DNA from: Girardia tigrina
Taxonomy: Eukaryota
Assembly: GCA_001938485.1 (NCBI GenBank)
Contig: MQRK01235832.1
Coordinates: 50,472 to 114,471 of the forward strand
Length of the DNA: 64,000 nt
Direction of reading: 5' to 3'
In this document: positions 1-12,783 of the stretch, piece after piece
How positions within the stretch are numbered: the stretch's first letter is position 1
Layout: each line of letters begins with the position of its first letter
Translations under genes and position numbers: made by a program
Notes under the pieces: model-generated
What the model was told of the DNA's origin: nothing
The model's database searches: none
The model's input: the letters and a program-made list of their open reading frames with translations, nothing else

Positions 1-217
1 ATATATATATATTCTTAAATAATATAAAAAAGTTTAATGAACTAATTTAAACAATAAAATCAAATGAGTAATTAACAGAGTAATGTCAGTTGTAACACTA
101 ATTCGAAAATTTTTATTTTTTGCGGCCCCCGGCGGTTGTGGGATGACATATTAGCAGCGAGTTAGAAAGGGAATAGAGAAATTCTGCAGATAATCTCAGT
201 GAAGGATGTGAGATTTA

Positions 218-496
218 TTAGGCGAAGAGAGTCAAACGATTCTGGAGGCAGAAATGAGCTCGATAGGCATCATTTACTGCCGCCAATATCAAGGGAAACA
301 ATCCGTATTGAATTACCTGATTTGCTCCAGATACGACAAAGTCAATCCAAATTTGTGGCACTCGAGCCTCATTGGGACTGTAGACGTAATTCTCCAATAA
401 ATATCTCAATTGGATAGAGTTGATGTCAACCATATCCACACTTTCATTGTACAGCAGCTCAATATCAGTCTTTTCCATCATCAATAATTTACACAT
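218..496 (-). CDS. AFDN: Afadin exon 10, C-terminal part of DIL domain; 3' boundary uncertain (possible donor at 316, otherwise stop at 218-220)
   Basis: CKLLMMEK...INSIQLRYLLENY...E..VP resembles afadin TTLLTMDK...LNSLQLQALLQNY...EPFIP. Confidence 0.75.
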   Translation of the reverse strand: MCKLLMMEKTDIELLYNESVDMVDINSIQLRYLLENYVYSPNEARVPQIWIDFVVSGANQVIQYGLFPLILAAVNDAYRAHFCLQNRLTLFA

Positions 497-540
497 CTGT
501 TTCAATCAAAGTAATGAGATAAGAAATCTCTAATCTTTAC

Positions 541-867
541 TTGGAGAGTTTGTTGAAAATAGCAATCTGCTGCCAACAGTAATTCGTGTCTCTCTGACCA
601 GTACCTCATCCGATCAATCCGGATCATGATAATTCTCGCCCATCCTCTTGTAATGCGAGTTGGGTTTTCGATAAAACTATTAAAAATCCAACAGTTAATC
701 AAATGGAAAATGCGGGAAAATATTTGAATGATCAAAGCAGCATTAACGTGGCAGTGCTGTAGGACTGCCATACAACTGGACAGTGTCCGGATCAGATCGG
801 ACATATGTTTAGGTTCGGCAACTTTCCTGGACAAGGGACAATCATCCCTATCTGAAGGATCATCTGC
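541..867 (-). CDS. AFDN: Afadin exon 9, DIL domain core
   Basis: CHVNAALIIQIFSRIFHLINCWIFN...GW...WSERHELLLAADCYF matches the afadin DIL consensus. Followed by a 44-nt GT-AG intron (497-540). Confidence 0.9.
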
Positions 868-1689
868 CTGAAAAGAATTAACAAATAATTCTAATGATTT
901 TAAATTAAAAATATATATAATTATATTTCTTTCATACAGACATAATTTTTGTTTTTTAAATTTATTTTAATTATTAATTGTCAATTATTTATATTTTATT
1001 TAATGCTATTTTTTTATTATTTATATTGAATTAATCAATCTTCTCCAAGTTATAATTCATATCTCTGCACTTCATTCTGTCAAATATTATTAATTGTTTT
1101 TTAAAATTATTTTTTATTTTTTGTATTTATTGCTCGCAAGTTATTTTTCATTTAAGGAAAAAAAATTTTAATTTTAAAGATTTGTATGAAGTATAAAAAA
1201 TAATAAAATAAAAATTAATTATTTAAATTATTGATTGCAACAAATAGTAATTTTAATTATTAAGAAAAATAAGCCACTAATTTAAAATTTGTTTTTAAAT
1301 ATATATTTTGCCACTTTTGTAGGATTTAAGTTCTTTAATTCAGTAAACTGCTGTTGTATAAACTCGGGTGATTCAAAAGTTTTTTTTTGTTTTTCCACTC
1401 ATATTGTTAGGAATAACGAAAATATTCTTCTTAAAATTTATTTAATCAAAAATTAAATTCTCGCCTAATAATTTAGATTATTTAAACAACCTTAAATTAT
1501 GTCATATTTCATGACATATTTTAATTTATTTAAATTCTAAATTCTAAATAGCGAGTTTTATTAAAAGTATTCTTGAACCATAATTATTTTTAATTTAATT
1601 TAGTTTATTTGCAAATTATTATTAAGTTATTAATTATATCTCACACATATTTTCAAGATAACAAAGCATGTAAACAGAACACATTTATT

Positions 1690-1975
1690 CTTCGAAATAC
1701 AAGTCTTTATTTTTGATGGTCTTCAACCATCCTTCAGCAATTTGCTCGATTCCACTGGCTATAAATTAGAAACAAAGAAATGATGGCACCCTTGTTCAAC
1801 CTCTTCTACTGAATCGAACTGCCGCCTTTTGAGAAAATGCGCCATTGCCCGAAAGAGGTGGTAGTCGCTGGGGGCAAGGTCAGGGTTGTAGGTAGGATGT
1901 GGACAAACGTCGATCCCATGCAGCTCTAGCATTTTATCTCGAGTCAAACGTGCAGTGTGTGCCGGAGCGTCGTCT
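1690..1975 (-). mobile_element. mariner (DD34D) transposase C-terminal fragment
   Basis: HPTYNPDLAPSDYHLF motif in ORF 1759-1947. No TIRs found. Confidence 0.85.
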
Positions 1976-2362
1976 TGCTATAGAAGAACCATTACGTCAC
2001 TATGGCTTACGTCAAAATAAAATTAATACAATTCGATGTATTAGGAACATTAATGTTTTTTGGACACTTTTATTAGTACCACAATATGAATTGTTATAAG
2101 GAAAATCTTTCGTTGTTAAGTATCGTTCTTAATTGATAAAACGTCTATCCAAAACAAATTATTCAAAAAAATATTTACGGATATTCTTTTCTCAAATATT
2201 TTATATATTTTAATTATTTTTGCAATTATACTGAAATTTCTTTAAAATAATTTAATACATGAAAAAATTTTAGAACTAATTTTAAATATTTTTTATAAAA
2301 TAATTTAATAATAACATTTTAATAAATAGTAATAGAATAATCCTTATGTCAAAAACATTTAA

Positions 2363-2625
2363 AATATCAATCTGCCATCTGGGTACGATAAACAATTCAA
2401 AAATGGCATATCTAATACAACATATAAAAAACCACTACAAAATATTCCTCACAGGATTAATTAGTTTGGACATTAATACAAAGTTTATAAAACTTTATTA
2501 ACGAGTGATTATTACAATAATTGTTGAAATATTTGGTGTGTTGATGTTTTTGTGTAGTGTTTGCATGTTTAAATGCTGTGTGTTTATTTGGGATTGTGCC
2601 TCTCCTAATCAGAAGGATGATTAAT
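2363..2625. repeat. Two divergently oriented 5' portions of the Gypsy-type LTR family
   Basis: Minus-strand TGTGAGGAATA... starting at 2453 with the CCCAGATGGCAGATTGATAT motif. A plus-strand degenerate copy lies at about 2522-2625. Confidence 0.6.
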
Positions 2626-3145
2626 ATTTTAATTATTATAATCTGAAAATAATTTATTTAAATTAAGATTTAATATTCAAATTTTTAATTTTTATTATTG
2701 TAACTTTTAAATAATTTTATTGATTTTATTTTTGTAAAATTTTAAATAATTAAAATTTAATTCAAATCGAATACAGTTAATTACGCAGCACTCCTTATTT
2801 TGCAACTAGTGTTTGCTATCCTGGCGATTATAATATATATATCTATATAAGGATAGTTACAGTGTGAGTATAATCAAATTGAGATATACTTATAGCGGAT
2901 CTAAATAAGTGTAAGTCTTTCAATAGTACACATACCAAGTATCACTAGACTTTTGGGCATCCAGACGCCCTCCATTTTTTGTTTTCCTATATTTTTTGAT
3001 ATTAGTAGACCGTTTTTATTAAATCAGGGGGATTTGTGGATCAGATAAGTTCTTTACAAATTCGATTTTAGTGTTATAAATGACTTTTATATGAGAAATC
3101 AAATAATAACCATAAACGTAATATGTAAAATATAGTAAAACCTAC

Positions 3146-3445
3146 GTCTTCATTCAACAAAACTGGCAACGTGTTAACCATATCATCAGTGAATCCGAAC
3201 GATATGCACTGAAAACACCATTGAGCATTATCGGCGAATAATTCGTAATATTTTTCAAAATAGGAAGAATTAAATCGACTAAGAAGAATATTGTTTTTCA
3301 AAAGATGTAGAAACTCTGTACAGTTAGCCAGCCAGTATGCTTGAATGGGAATGATCGTACGATGCTGCATGATAGACTGGCGGGTTTTCGATGCCACTTT
3401 ATCAATGAACAGGCCGATGATTAACTCCTGGTCCACGGCCGTTGC
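3146..3445 (-). CDS. AFDN: Afadin exon 8, N-terminal part of DIL domain
   Basis: AYWLANCTEFLHLLK resembles afadin AFWMANASELLNFIK. ACAG acceptor, GTAGGT donor, phase 0/0. Confidence 0.87.
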
Positions 3446-5509
3446 CTGTTTTCAATGAAAAAAATCACTTGATAAAATTTATCAAAAAATAAAATGTCCA
3501 TCCAATTATAATTCACAATTAAACAGATGAAATTGTACAAGTAAATATTTATATAAATAATAGTACTAATTACATATAGGAATTATATATAAATTATATA
3601 AATTGGAATTATATAATGCACGAAAGCTGAGCTTAATATAATATATTATATTAACAATTTAATGATTTATTTTCGTTCCTTATTTTTATAAATTGTAATT
3701 AAATAGTTCTTTATAACCTGAGACCCTTTCTACCAGACCAATGTTGCGGAGGAATGATTTCTTAACTGTAACATAGTTTATAATGTTATAAGGAGAACAT
3801 AATTCTGTTTTATTAAAGATGAGAGATGGCAATGCATAGTAAGACAAGTGTATTGCTATGGGGTTGTTCAGAAAACTATTTGAATAAATATTCTAACAAG
3901 CATTTTATTTACAAATGAGTGCAATAACTATAAAAAAAGAATTATTTGCGTGTAGTTTCTGTTAAGAAAGCAAAAAAATTACAATGAAGGTTTTCGATTT
4001 TTCTTTAACAACAGAATGATAACTCAATTATTCGATCAACAAAATTTATTTAATTCACAACGGAATGAGACAAAAAGTTTAGCGGTTAAATCACAGAAAC
4101 TGGAAATTAGGTGTATAGGAATATTAAAATACGAATTATAATAGCTGCTAGTCCTAGATAAAATCTGGACTATGATTGATGAAAAAGTTCTATAATACGA
4201 AATATTGTTAGTACGATTTTGATATGATGATGGGATACTGTTTTGAATTATTAAGTCTTTTGCGTGATTGGTTTGAGTTCATTATTTTTATCTTAAGTCT
4301 GGAAAGCAGGATAGAATTTTTTCTCATCTGATTAGTAAAGGTGGATGAAGAAAATTAAAAATTTTGTCGGAATAAAATCGAATAATGGTAATGAATAGGC
4401 ACCAAAATAGCTAGAAGAGCTAGCTCTAAAGGAATAATTTCTGTTTTATTAATTTTATTTCCAATATCCAATCTGCTATTGTCAAAGAGATTGTCTTGTA
4501 GTTTCCGTGGTTTTTATTATTTTTGGGTTTGTAATTTTACACCCATTTTCTTCTTGATAGGGCACTATGCCACTTAAATAGGGCACTCTATACATAAGAG
4601 TTAAAAAAATAACCATATAAATACTAACTGACCAATGAAATTCAACCATTTTGTCAATTTGATACAATATTTTCATTTTAAAAAGGGCATTAATATATGA
4701 AAAATAAATATGCATGCAAAAACACACATATAAAAACAACAAACACACCAAAAAATTCAAAGACACACTAATATGCATACACAGTTTTTGCATTTTCATA
4801 GTGCCCTTTTCGTTCTAATTAACAAAAAAATTTAATTTTTTAAGAAACATTTTCCAAATTGAAATAAAAATATGGAAATTTATTACTCGGAAACCGAAAT
4901 AAAGATGAAACACAAGAAAAAAAGGAAATTTGGTGTTTTTCAAATCGTCATTTTAACATTTTAATGCGCAATAAACAAAATCAGACTATAAAAACCAAAT
5001 ATTAAATGTTATTTAATAATAACAGAGATGTGTTTCTCTGTACAAAACATCAAAACGTGATCTTTTCTTTTATGAAGTTCATTGGTATTTATCTAAACGC
5101 GATTCGCCTAGTTTTGATGCATTCGTCATCGTAAACATCTCAAATCTCGGAATCTAAATTGCATTTCCAACAGCAGTCCAGTTCACATTAACGCTTTCTA
5201 TAGAACGAGTGCTTTTGCTTCATTCTATTCGCATGTTTTTCATTTATATAATCACAGATTTAATTCCATATCGATAATTAATAATAGAAATAATTGTTGA
5301 TAATTTGATTACAACAATAAATTAAAATTTAAATATGCATTAATGCATATTTTTATATAGAGGGCCCTTAAAAAAGTTTAAATGCCCTAGTAAAAAGAAA
5401 ACAGGTATATTAATCATTATTTATTGATTTATCATTATTAAATTATATTTTAATATTAGATATTTATTATATTATAATAATATTGTTATTATATCTCTTC
5501 TCCACTCAT

Positions 5510-6400
5510 TGGAGCGACCGCTCATGATAAGGTCGTGCAGTAGGAACAGGGGAAGAGATAATATAAATATATAAATAAATATAAAAAATGAAATAAATAA
5601 ATATAAATTTTAATATAAATTAAAATAACTGTGTTTGAGTAGGTCACTTCAGTTACCATCTTTATCAGAATTGCGTTCACCAGGTGTATTAATTGCATGT
5701 CCAACGCAGGGCTCATGATATCATGAGCTAATGAGACAAGTAAGGTAATCGCGAAGTTCAGCTGCGTTGTGGAAGTAATTTTGGAAAAAAAAGATTCTGT
5801 CGTAGATATTTACATATAGAGAGTATAAATGTTCATGAATAAGACAGTAATGCTTATTTTCAAGAAGGTGCTGGGTTTCATCTGAAGCATGGAGGGTCAC
5901 ATTAACTGAGATCTAAATGTAGTATTCCCTTGACATTGATTTTTTTGCATGTGAAGATCATAATTGTCGAAACGTTCGATTGTCTCAATAAGAAAATTGC
6001 AATAAACTTTTACGTTTACCGCCTGAATCCTTTCTGGGGTTTTGTAATGATGTAAAATTGTAAAATATAGTTTTGAAGGGTTGTCAAATTGGTATACAAT
6101 AGCAATCTTTTTAAACGTTGAGATATTTCCTTTTAATGACATCAACAATTTGCGCGTTTTAAAATTTCCAAGGGGATTCTTAAAAACATACTTCTCATCT
6201 ATAACAATAAGAAAGCATTTAGAAATGTGGTTATAAATTAAATAAATCAAGCATCTCTTGGCAGACTCGTAGTCGTTCTTCTTAGTAAACAACAGTAAGT
6301 AAATGTGGATTTAATTCATCTTACCTGCATTGCTATCAAAAATCTTGAGTTTAAATTCAGAAACCATTTTTTACTCATTTGAAACGTCTTGGCCGATTTC
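5510..6400 (-). mobile_element. Degenerate Crypton-like tyrosine recombinase (DUF3504-type) remnant
   Basis: Frame-shifted pieces KKNDYE..LIYLIYNHIS, KNQCQG and ALRWTC...KMVTEVT resemble Crypton motifs (KxxGxxYxP, KNxQGG, HSLRxT...IxxxTGH). Confidence 0.4.
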
Positions 6401-6461
6401 TTGGTAGTCTCTTTTGGTTTTGCATCAACTTTTCAGAATAAAATAAATGATACAATACATG

Positions 6462-7569
6462 CATGGTGCGCCCATTAAATACCCGGTCAAGTGAATAGTG
6501 AGGATTTGGGATGCTGTGGAAACCCACCTTCCCGACTTCGCTAAAAGAGAATATACTTGTGTATATTGGGGCATTATCCTTCAGAAAATAGAAATTGCAT
6601 TTGCAGGATTTTTTTTGGACTTCCTGGCTTTCTGGACTTGCTCGACATAGTAACAGAAGTTAATGTTCACATCCTTGTTAGCATAATCTTTTGAAACCAA
6701 GCCATGGAAATCCCAAAGTTTGTCAAATGTCATGATGTTTTGCAGAAAACTCCAAATCTGCAAATCTCCAACTTGCTTCAATGTTATGAAATTGACCTGA
6801 CAAGAACAGAGTCTTTTTCACACATTTCACTTATGAAAAGTTATGAAGCGTGGAACGAACTGTGAAGAATGTTTTCTCAGATCGTGAGATATTTTTAAGG
6901 AATCCAAACTTCCTTTGTTCACATTTATATTGTCTCAGAACATTCTTGTTGTGATGTGTCTGACAAATTTAACAATATTCTCTAATTTTTCTTTATTATT
7001 TTCGTCAATTTTTCCAAATGTCTTCCGTTAACTTTCTCATTAGAACACTGCCTGCCACGCATATTAAGGATATTACAAGATGGAGGCATTTTTAAAGATT
7101 TATTCACGAAAAAATTATCCGTAATTAACGGCTGCGGCATGACTTTTGAATTCGTAGGTTTTTCAAACAATAACAAAATTTCCTAGGATTAAAACAATAG
7201 TATATTTTATTAATTGAATTTGATAAAAATTGATTCCAGTTGTCGACGGGGATATTTCATGCCTCAAACTTAAACATACAATAAACGTATGCACACATTA
7301 TTTAAACAACATTCGAATATCCCTCACAATGCATAAATTGTGCAATTCAGTCATAAATATTAGTTTAGGGTTGGCCTTTATTATTGTATACATGCCTAAA
7401 GTCCTTAATAATTTCGTTCGCCGAAAACTTCTTCAAAACAAAAAGCTTTAATACACTTCGAAATGTCCGCAAATATTAAACTACCAATAATACTCAAGAA
7501 ATATATCACAAATAAATCAATTAAATTATTATTAGACCTTCATTCCGGGTATTTAATTGGCGCACCATG
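6462..7569 (-). mobile_element. Internally deleted mariner element with ~25-bp TIRs
   Basis: TIRs CATGGTGCGCCCATTAAATACCCGG / CCGGGTATTTAATTGGCGCACCATG followed by TA. Decayed VPR, FLQNIMTFDKLW, DNAP and PHYSLD motifs. Confidence 0.8.
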
Positions 7570-8797
7570 TATAGTCAAGTTATTTTGATAATTTATAAAC
7601 ATTAATTGCAAATTATAAATATAAAAAAAGAAAAGGATTTTCTTTTTAATGAAAGATATACTTACGAAAATAAAAGTAATTTTCTGAAGTATTATATTTT
7701 ATAAATTTATTTACTATTTCTTTGAAACAATGGGAAAATAATGTAAATAAATTGAGACTCGTTTGTAAACAAACCGTTGACAAAAGATTTTGAGAGCAAT
7801 CAATGTTGAAGAGTAAGAGAAATATATTCCTTATCACAACAATTATCATTTGTTCTGTTTTGAGAGATATTATTTATATTTGAAATATAAATGCCATTAA
7901 ATGCAAGGGATACTTTTGATTTAACTTTTCAAAATTGTGAGGAATATCTTCGAATGTTGTGTTGTATGATGTTTAATGATGTGTGATGCATTTTTGGATC
8001 ATTTTGGATGTAGTCGAAAGCGTAGCGATAAAAACCAACATTATCCTGTAACGCTGGCTAACAATTCATGTTTTTTTGTTTTTTACTCTGTCTATAGTTA
8101 AGAGCAAATTTAAGTTTATTTTATCTGTAAGGAATAGTAGCTATATTTTAATATAGATATTTTAATTTCAATATATTTTAAAGTCGTTTTTACATTAAAA
8201 ACACGCTTATTAAAATTATATATATTTATGTAGTGAATTAAAAAAAATCAAAATAATTTTTTTTAAATAACAAAAAAAAAACGATCAAAAAAAAAATAAA
8301 ATTGTGAACGGAGTGATCGAAATGCAAAAATAAAAATTCGAAAAAAAATTATTAGCAAATTATCAAAAAAATACATTTGTTTAAATTTTTCAAAATTTAC
8401 AAAAACTCGAACCGCAAANNNNNNNNNNNNNNNNNNNNNNNNNNNNNNNNNNNNNNNNNNNNNNNNNNNNNNNNNNNNNNNNNNNNNNNNNNNNNNNNNN
8501 NNNNNNNNNNNNNNNNNNNNNNNNNNNNNNNNNNNNNNNNNNNNNNNNNNNNNNNNNNNNNNNNNNNNNNNNNNNNNNNNNNNNNNNNNNNNNNNNNNNN
8601 NNNNNNNNNNNNNNNNNNNNNNNNNNNNNNNNNNNNNNNNNNNNNNNNNNNNNNNNNNNNNNNNNNNNNNNNNNNNNNNNNNNNNNNNNNNNNNNNNNNN
8701 NNNNNNNNNNNNNNNNNNNNNNNNNNNNNNNNNNNNNNNNNNNNNNNNNNNNNNNNNNNNNNNNNNNNNNNNNNNNNNNNNNNNNNNNNNNNNNNTC

Positions 8798-8977
8798 GCC
8801 GACAAAGTTCAGTTGATTCCCAAAGGCAACGACGACGAGCAGTATCTGTGGGAGCCGGCCGCGGTCGGTTCGTCCACCGTCGAATCCGATAATAGCGAGT
8901 CGATCGACCGAGGACCTAAAGCAATTTTTTCCATGAAAGAAGACCAGATCGAATATCCAGAAGGACGGGAAATCAAA
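8798..8977 (+). pseudogene. HSP90: Hsp90 ATPase-domain fragment, next to an assembly gap
   Basis: ADKVQLIPKGNDDEQYLWEPAAVGSSTV...DRGPKAIFSMKEDQIEYPEGREIK matches Hsp90 [28 protein letters not shown]...[24 protein letters not shown]. Similarity ends abruptly at about 8977. Confidence 0.85.
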
Positions 8978-10966
8978 TACGACTGGCCGTATGGGCGTGA
9001 TGGCCGCCCCTCTATTCGAAAATCCGCCATCCTAACTCGGTTGGTGGAACGATTCACCTTTTCACTTTTTTCCTTTTTCACTCAGGAACGAGTCTTCGAG
9101 CGAGAGGATTGCTGCCCGTTCACCGACGGCCACGGAGAGCCGGGCTATCCTTTCAAATCAATGTGGGAACAGACGGAAGCTCCGCGCTCGAGGCGTGCTT
9201 CCACCAACGTCGACTCAATAACGGGGTCATCGCCTCATGTTGCCGCGGTCGCCGCTCGACGCCTCATGTCGTTGTCCAGATCAACCGCGCCCTCGAACAT
9301 TTCATTGGTGTCAGAAGTGGGATCAATTTATTATATACATATTTATAATACGGTTAAATTTAAAAAAAATGTAAAACACCTAAAAAAAGAACTTTGTTTA
9401 AATATTCAAAAATTAAAAAAGCACATTTTTTTATAATAAATTTTATGGACTCCAATTTTGATGAGATTTGCGCTGCAAACAGTTTTTCTAACATTATCAA
9501 TTTAAAATGATGAGTAAAAGTTAAATTAAAATTAATAGATGTTAAAACATTCTTGTTGTGAAAATAGAACTTATAAATAGTTAGGAGGGCATGATGTTGC
9601 TTAGAACGTAAAGATAGGCAAAAGAAAGACAAAAGAAAGAAATTGTTATGGAAGAGAGAAACCATTTGATTTCAGCAATATCTGATCTGGATGGGAAGAT
9701 GCTACAAACAGTTCTCGAACCAAAACTATATAAACTTCAAAATTAGGATTTTACTTTCAGTATGATTGAAACACGACGCAGAAAATTAATTAATTGAAAC
9801 TCTGAAGGAGTTTTATTTTCTTTTTCGATGATATTGAATAACATCAGTCTTTACTTGTTCGAGAATCGGATTGGGTTGGGATGTTGATTTCCATTCCTTT
9901 CTTTTTTTCTTGAAGACCGTGACCAGTTTATCATCTCGACTAGACGCTGGAGAAACTTTCTTATAGTAAACTGTTAAATGCTAGAGGCAGGGAATACCTT
10001 TTGCAATTGATTGCAACACAACCGAAGCAAGATATGAATTAATAAATAAATTAAGAAATTCGGCATTTTTGATCGCGGGAGCTGGGGACCATCGATTGGT
10101 TTTCGGCAATCTTTGACTTTAAAACTCATCATATCAATTTGTTTTTAGTAAACTTAGAAAGTACGGAGAAACAATATTAAATGTTCTTCCTCACCAGATT
10201 TCATTCACTTTATTAGATTCATTAATGTGATTTTTATGAACTAGTTTGTTTTACTATTTTTGTTTTGCATAGCTTTGTACATTTTAGTTTATTGTTCCAT
10301 AATACAGTTAGACACAAAATTATGATTTTTTAAGACGTTCAAATAAACAAAATTAATTATACTTTTTTGTAACGCAAAATACTGTATTAATGTTAGAACT
10401 GTAAGTTTATGTTTTGATTTGGAAATTTGTATATTTGAATAAACGAAATAAAAGTTTTGGTTTTAGAAAAGCTTTTTCATTCTTCGAATTTTGAATTATA
10501 ATGGAAGCTCGTGACTTATCCATAACATATTTCGTTTGGAATTTGATAAAAAGTGGAAGGTGGGATTTCACAATTCATCGGCTCAACGGATCGGCGTCGG
10601 AAGGCCTGGTTACGGGCTGCGGTTGTCTCGGAGAGAAAGATCACTTGGAAAAATAAAGGGGAGCAATAATGTTTCTTTTGCACAATTCCCCGAGGTAGGT
10701 ACGGTTGATCGCGATGGCTGAGAGTCGCAACGGCAAAGCAATGTCACTCTACGACCAAAATTCCTTTGATTTTTTTCAGGAATTAATAAAATAATCTACA
10801 CATAAATTAGCTGTTTTTGAATAAAAATAAAGGATGTAATTTTGCAAAATGCCTCTATAAAACATAGACTTACGAAAATTAGAGATTAATGAAGATTCAT
10901 ATAAATATTTAAAAAATGACGACAATGAATTTTTAAAAGTCAAAAAATTTTCATCAAAATATATTG

Positions 10967-11001
10967 TGATTAATTTCGACGGATCAACCGTCATCATCAG
11001 A
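10967..11001 (-). ncRNA. Minimal hammerhead ribozyme motif (sense to afadin pre-mRNA)
   Basis: Exact reverse complement of 11216-11250. Confidence 0.8.
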
Positions 11002-11215
11002 CTGAATTAACAATGATATACTCGCGTTTATATATCAAAGCAATGTTAATGTAATCATTATGCCATTTAAATCATGAAAATACTTTCAATAAAGTTGAAG
11101 AGGATGGTGTTTGTACATTGATTTTAGGATTAAAAGATTTGATCAACAATGCTTCACACATCACCCTCTCCCATTGCTTTGATATATAAACGCGAGTATA
11201 TCATTGTTAATTCAG

Positions 11216-11250
11216 TCTGATGATGACGGTTGATCCGTCGAAATTAATCA
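11216..11250 (+). ncRNA. Minimal hammerhead ribozyme motif
   Basis: CTGATGA-T-GACGG-TTGAT-CCGTC-GAAA-TTAATC, with palindromic stem III. Confidence 0.8.
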
Positions 11251-11413
11251 CAATATATTTTGACGAAAATTTTTTGATTAATTGAAGATGTTCAAATTTT
11301 CATTACGAGACTCCTTATATCATGTAATGTTTTAAATGTATATTTAATAAAAAATATGAAAGTAATAATTTACTTATGAAAATATTTTGATTAAACAGTT
11401 TAATAACACTCAC

Positions 11414-11635
11414 CCTGTTAATGCAAGTGAGTCGTACAATATCAACTACCATCAAATGTAGAACATAGGCCGAAGCTAGTTTGAATTTGATTTGCGACGG
11501 TTTTATGTCGAGGATGATCGAATCAAGTAGCATATCCTCCTTACTTTTGAAATAGGTGATTTGCACTGGCAAATGTCGAGACAGATGTGAATCAAGATCA
11601 GATATAATTACAGCATCATCATCCTCTCGATCATT
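11414..11635 (-). CDS. AFDN: Afadin exon 7, pre-DIL conserved block
   Basis: LPVQITYFKSKEDMLLDSII...KFKLASAYVLHL resembles afadin LPASIEFRESSEDSFLSAII...HFKLSPTYVLYM. TTTAG acceptor, GTGAGT donor. Confidence 0.87.
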
Positions 11636-12783
11636 CTAAAAAATCAAATCAAATAAATTTTAATAAAAAAATGTTCTTGTATGTTATTGTAAATATCAAT
11701 AGAAATTAATTAAAGAAACATAAATTTCATATGATATAAATGAACAATAATGCCAAAATGTTACGTGTTGACATTTCAACGAAAGACAACACTAGATTAT
11801 CTTGAGACAAAACGATGTCTGTTTTTTTTGTATTAAAAATAATTTTTTGGAAAATATTTACTTTTTTATTATTTTTAATTATTGATAAAGTGTTTATTAT
11901 GAGGAGGTAATTAATTTTTGGTTCGCTGATCAAAATTTAAATAGTTTTAAAAATGAGTATTTTGAATTAAAATCAAATTGAAAATCTTAAAAATAATTAA
12001 GTATTTTAGATTTAAATTTAAAAATATTCTTAATTATAAAAAACATTCATTAAAAATATTAATTAAAAAACATTCTTTATTAAAAATTTTATTAATGTTT
12101 GAAAAATGTATTTTCTAATTTGGAATTAATTCAATGATATGATTAAAAAAATTAATATTTAAAAAATAAAAAATTGAATATTAAATATAATGTATTTTCA
12201 AAATTTCTAAAATAAAAAATATAAATAATGGTTTTTAAAAATATAAGATTTTAGTTGAAAAACGAAATTATAAAAACAGCATAAAAAGATTAAAGTAAAA
12301 AACAAATTTAAACATTAAATATTTTTTTAAAAACAATTTTTTAATATGTAAAATCATTTTGATAAATACTTTTGTTTAAAAATTTAACAAAGTTGAATGT
12401 TGTTTTTCATTTGATTAAAATTATAAATGGATAAAAATTATTTGAAAATAGAGATCAGCGGATTAATTATTAATTAGGAAAATAGTTGATAAATTTGTTT
12501 GAAAGTTGTTTTATAATAAAGATACAATTTGAGTAAAATGAATTCTGATATTGACGTTGCAAATACTTCTCACATTTATAATTTTTTTCTTATATATTTT
12601 TATAATTTCATTTTAATTGGAAAATTGATTGCAAAAATTAGAAAATAGATCGAAACTTCTATACATCGACTCGAAACACTGGTACTCTCTCTGTCTGATA
12701 TCGGCATACATTCACGAACAATCACATCGGTAACGATAATAATAAAAATTATAAAAAAATGAATTAATTTAAATTTTAAATTA

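Larger units (their letters stand above)
10940..11277. mobile_element. Penelope-like element pLTR fold-back (106-bp inverted arms around a GIY-YIG 3' end)
   Basis: Arms 10940-11045 and 11172-11277 are reverse complements. The loop reads ERVMCEALLIKSFNPKINVQTPSSSTLLKVFS* on the minus strand. Confidence 0.85.

Noticed and set aside
215-220. Stop-codon reassignment suggested by in-frame TAA TAA near the afadin 3' end
   Set aside because: The other afadin exons and the 347-aa GPCR have no internal TAA/TAG, and the GPCR ends in TAA, so the standard code fits.
8263-8892. Long ORFs in the track spanning N-runs (also 20358-20661)
   Set aside because: Artefacts of assembly gaps.
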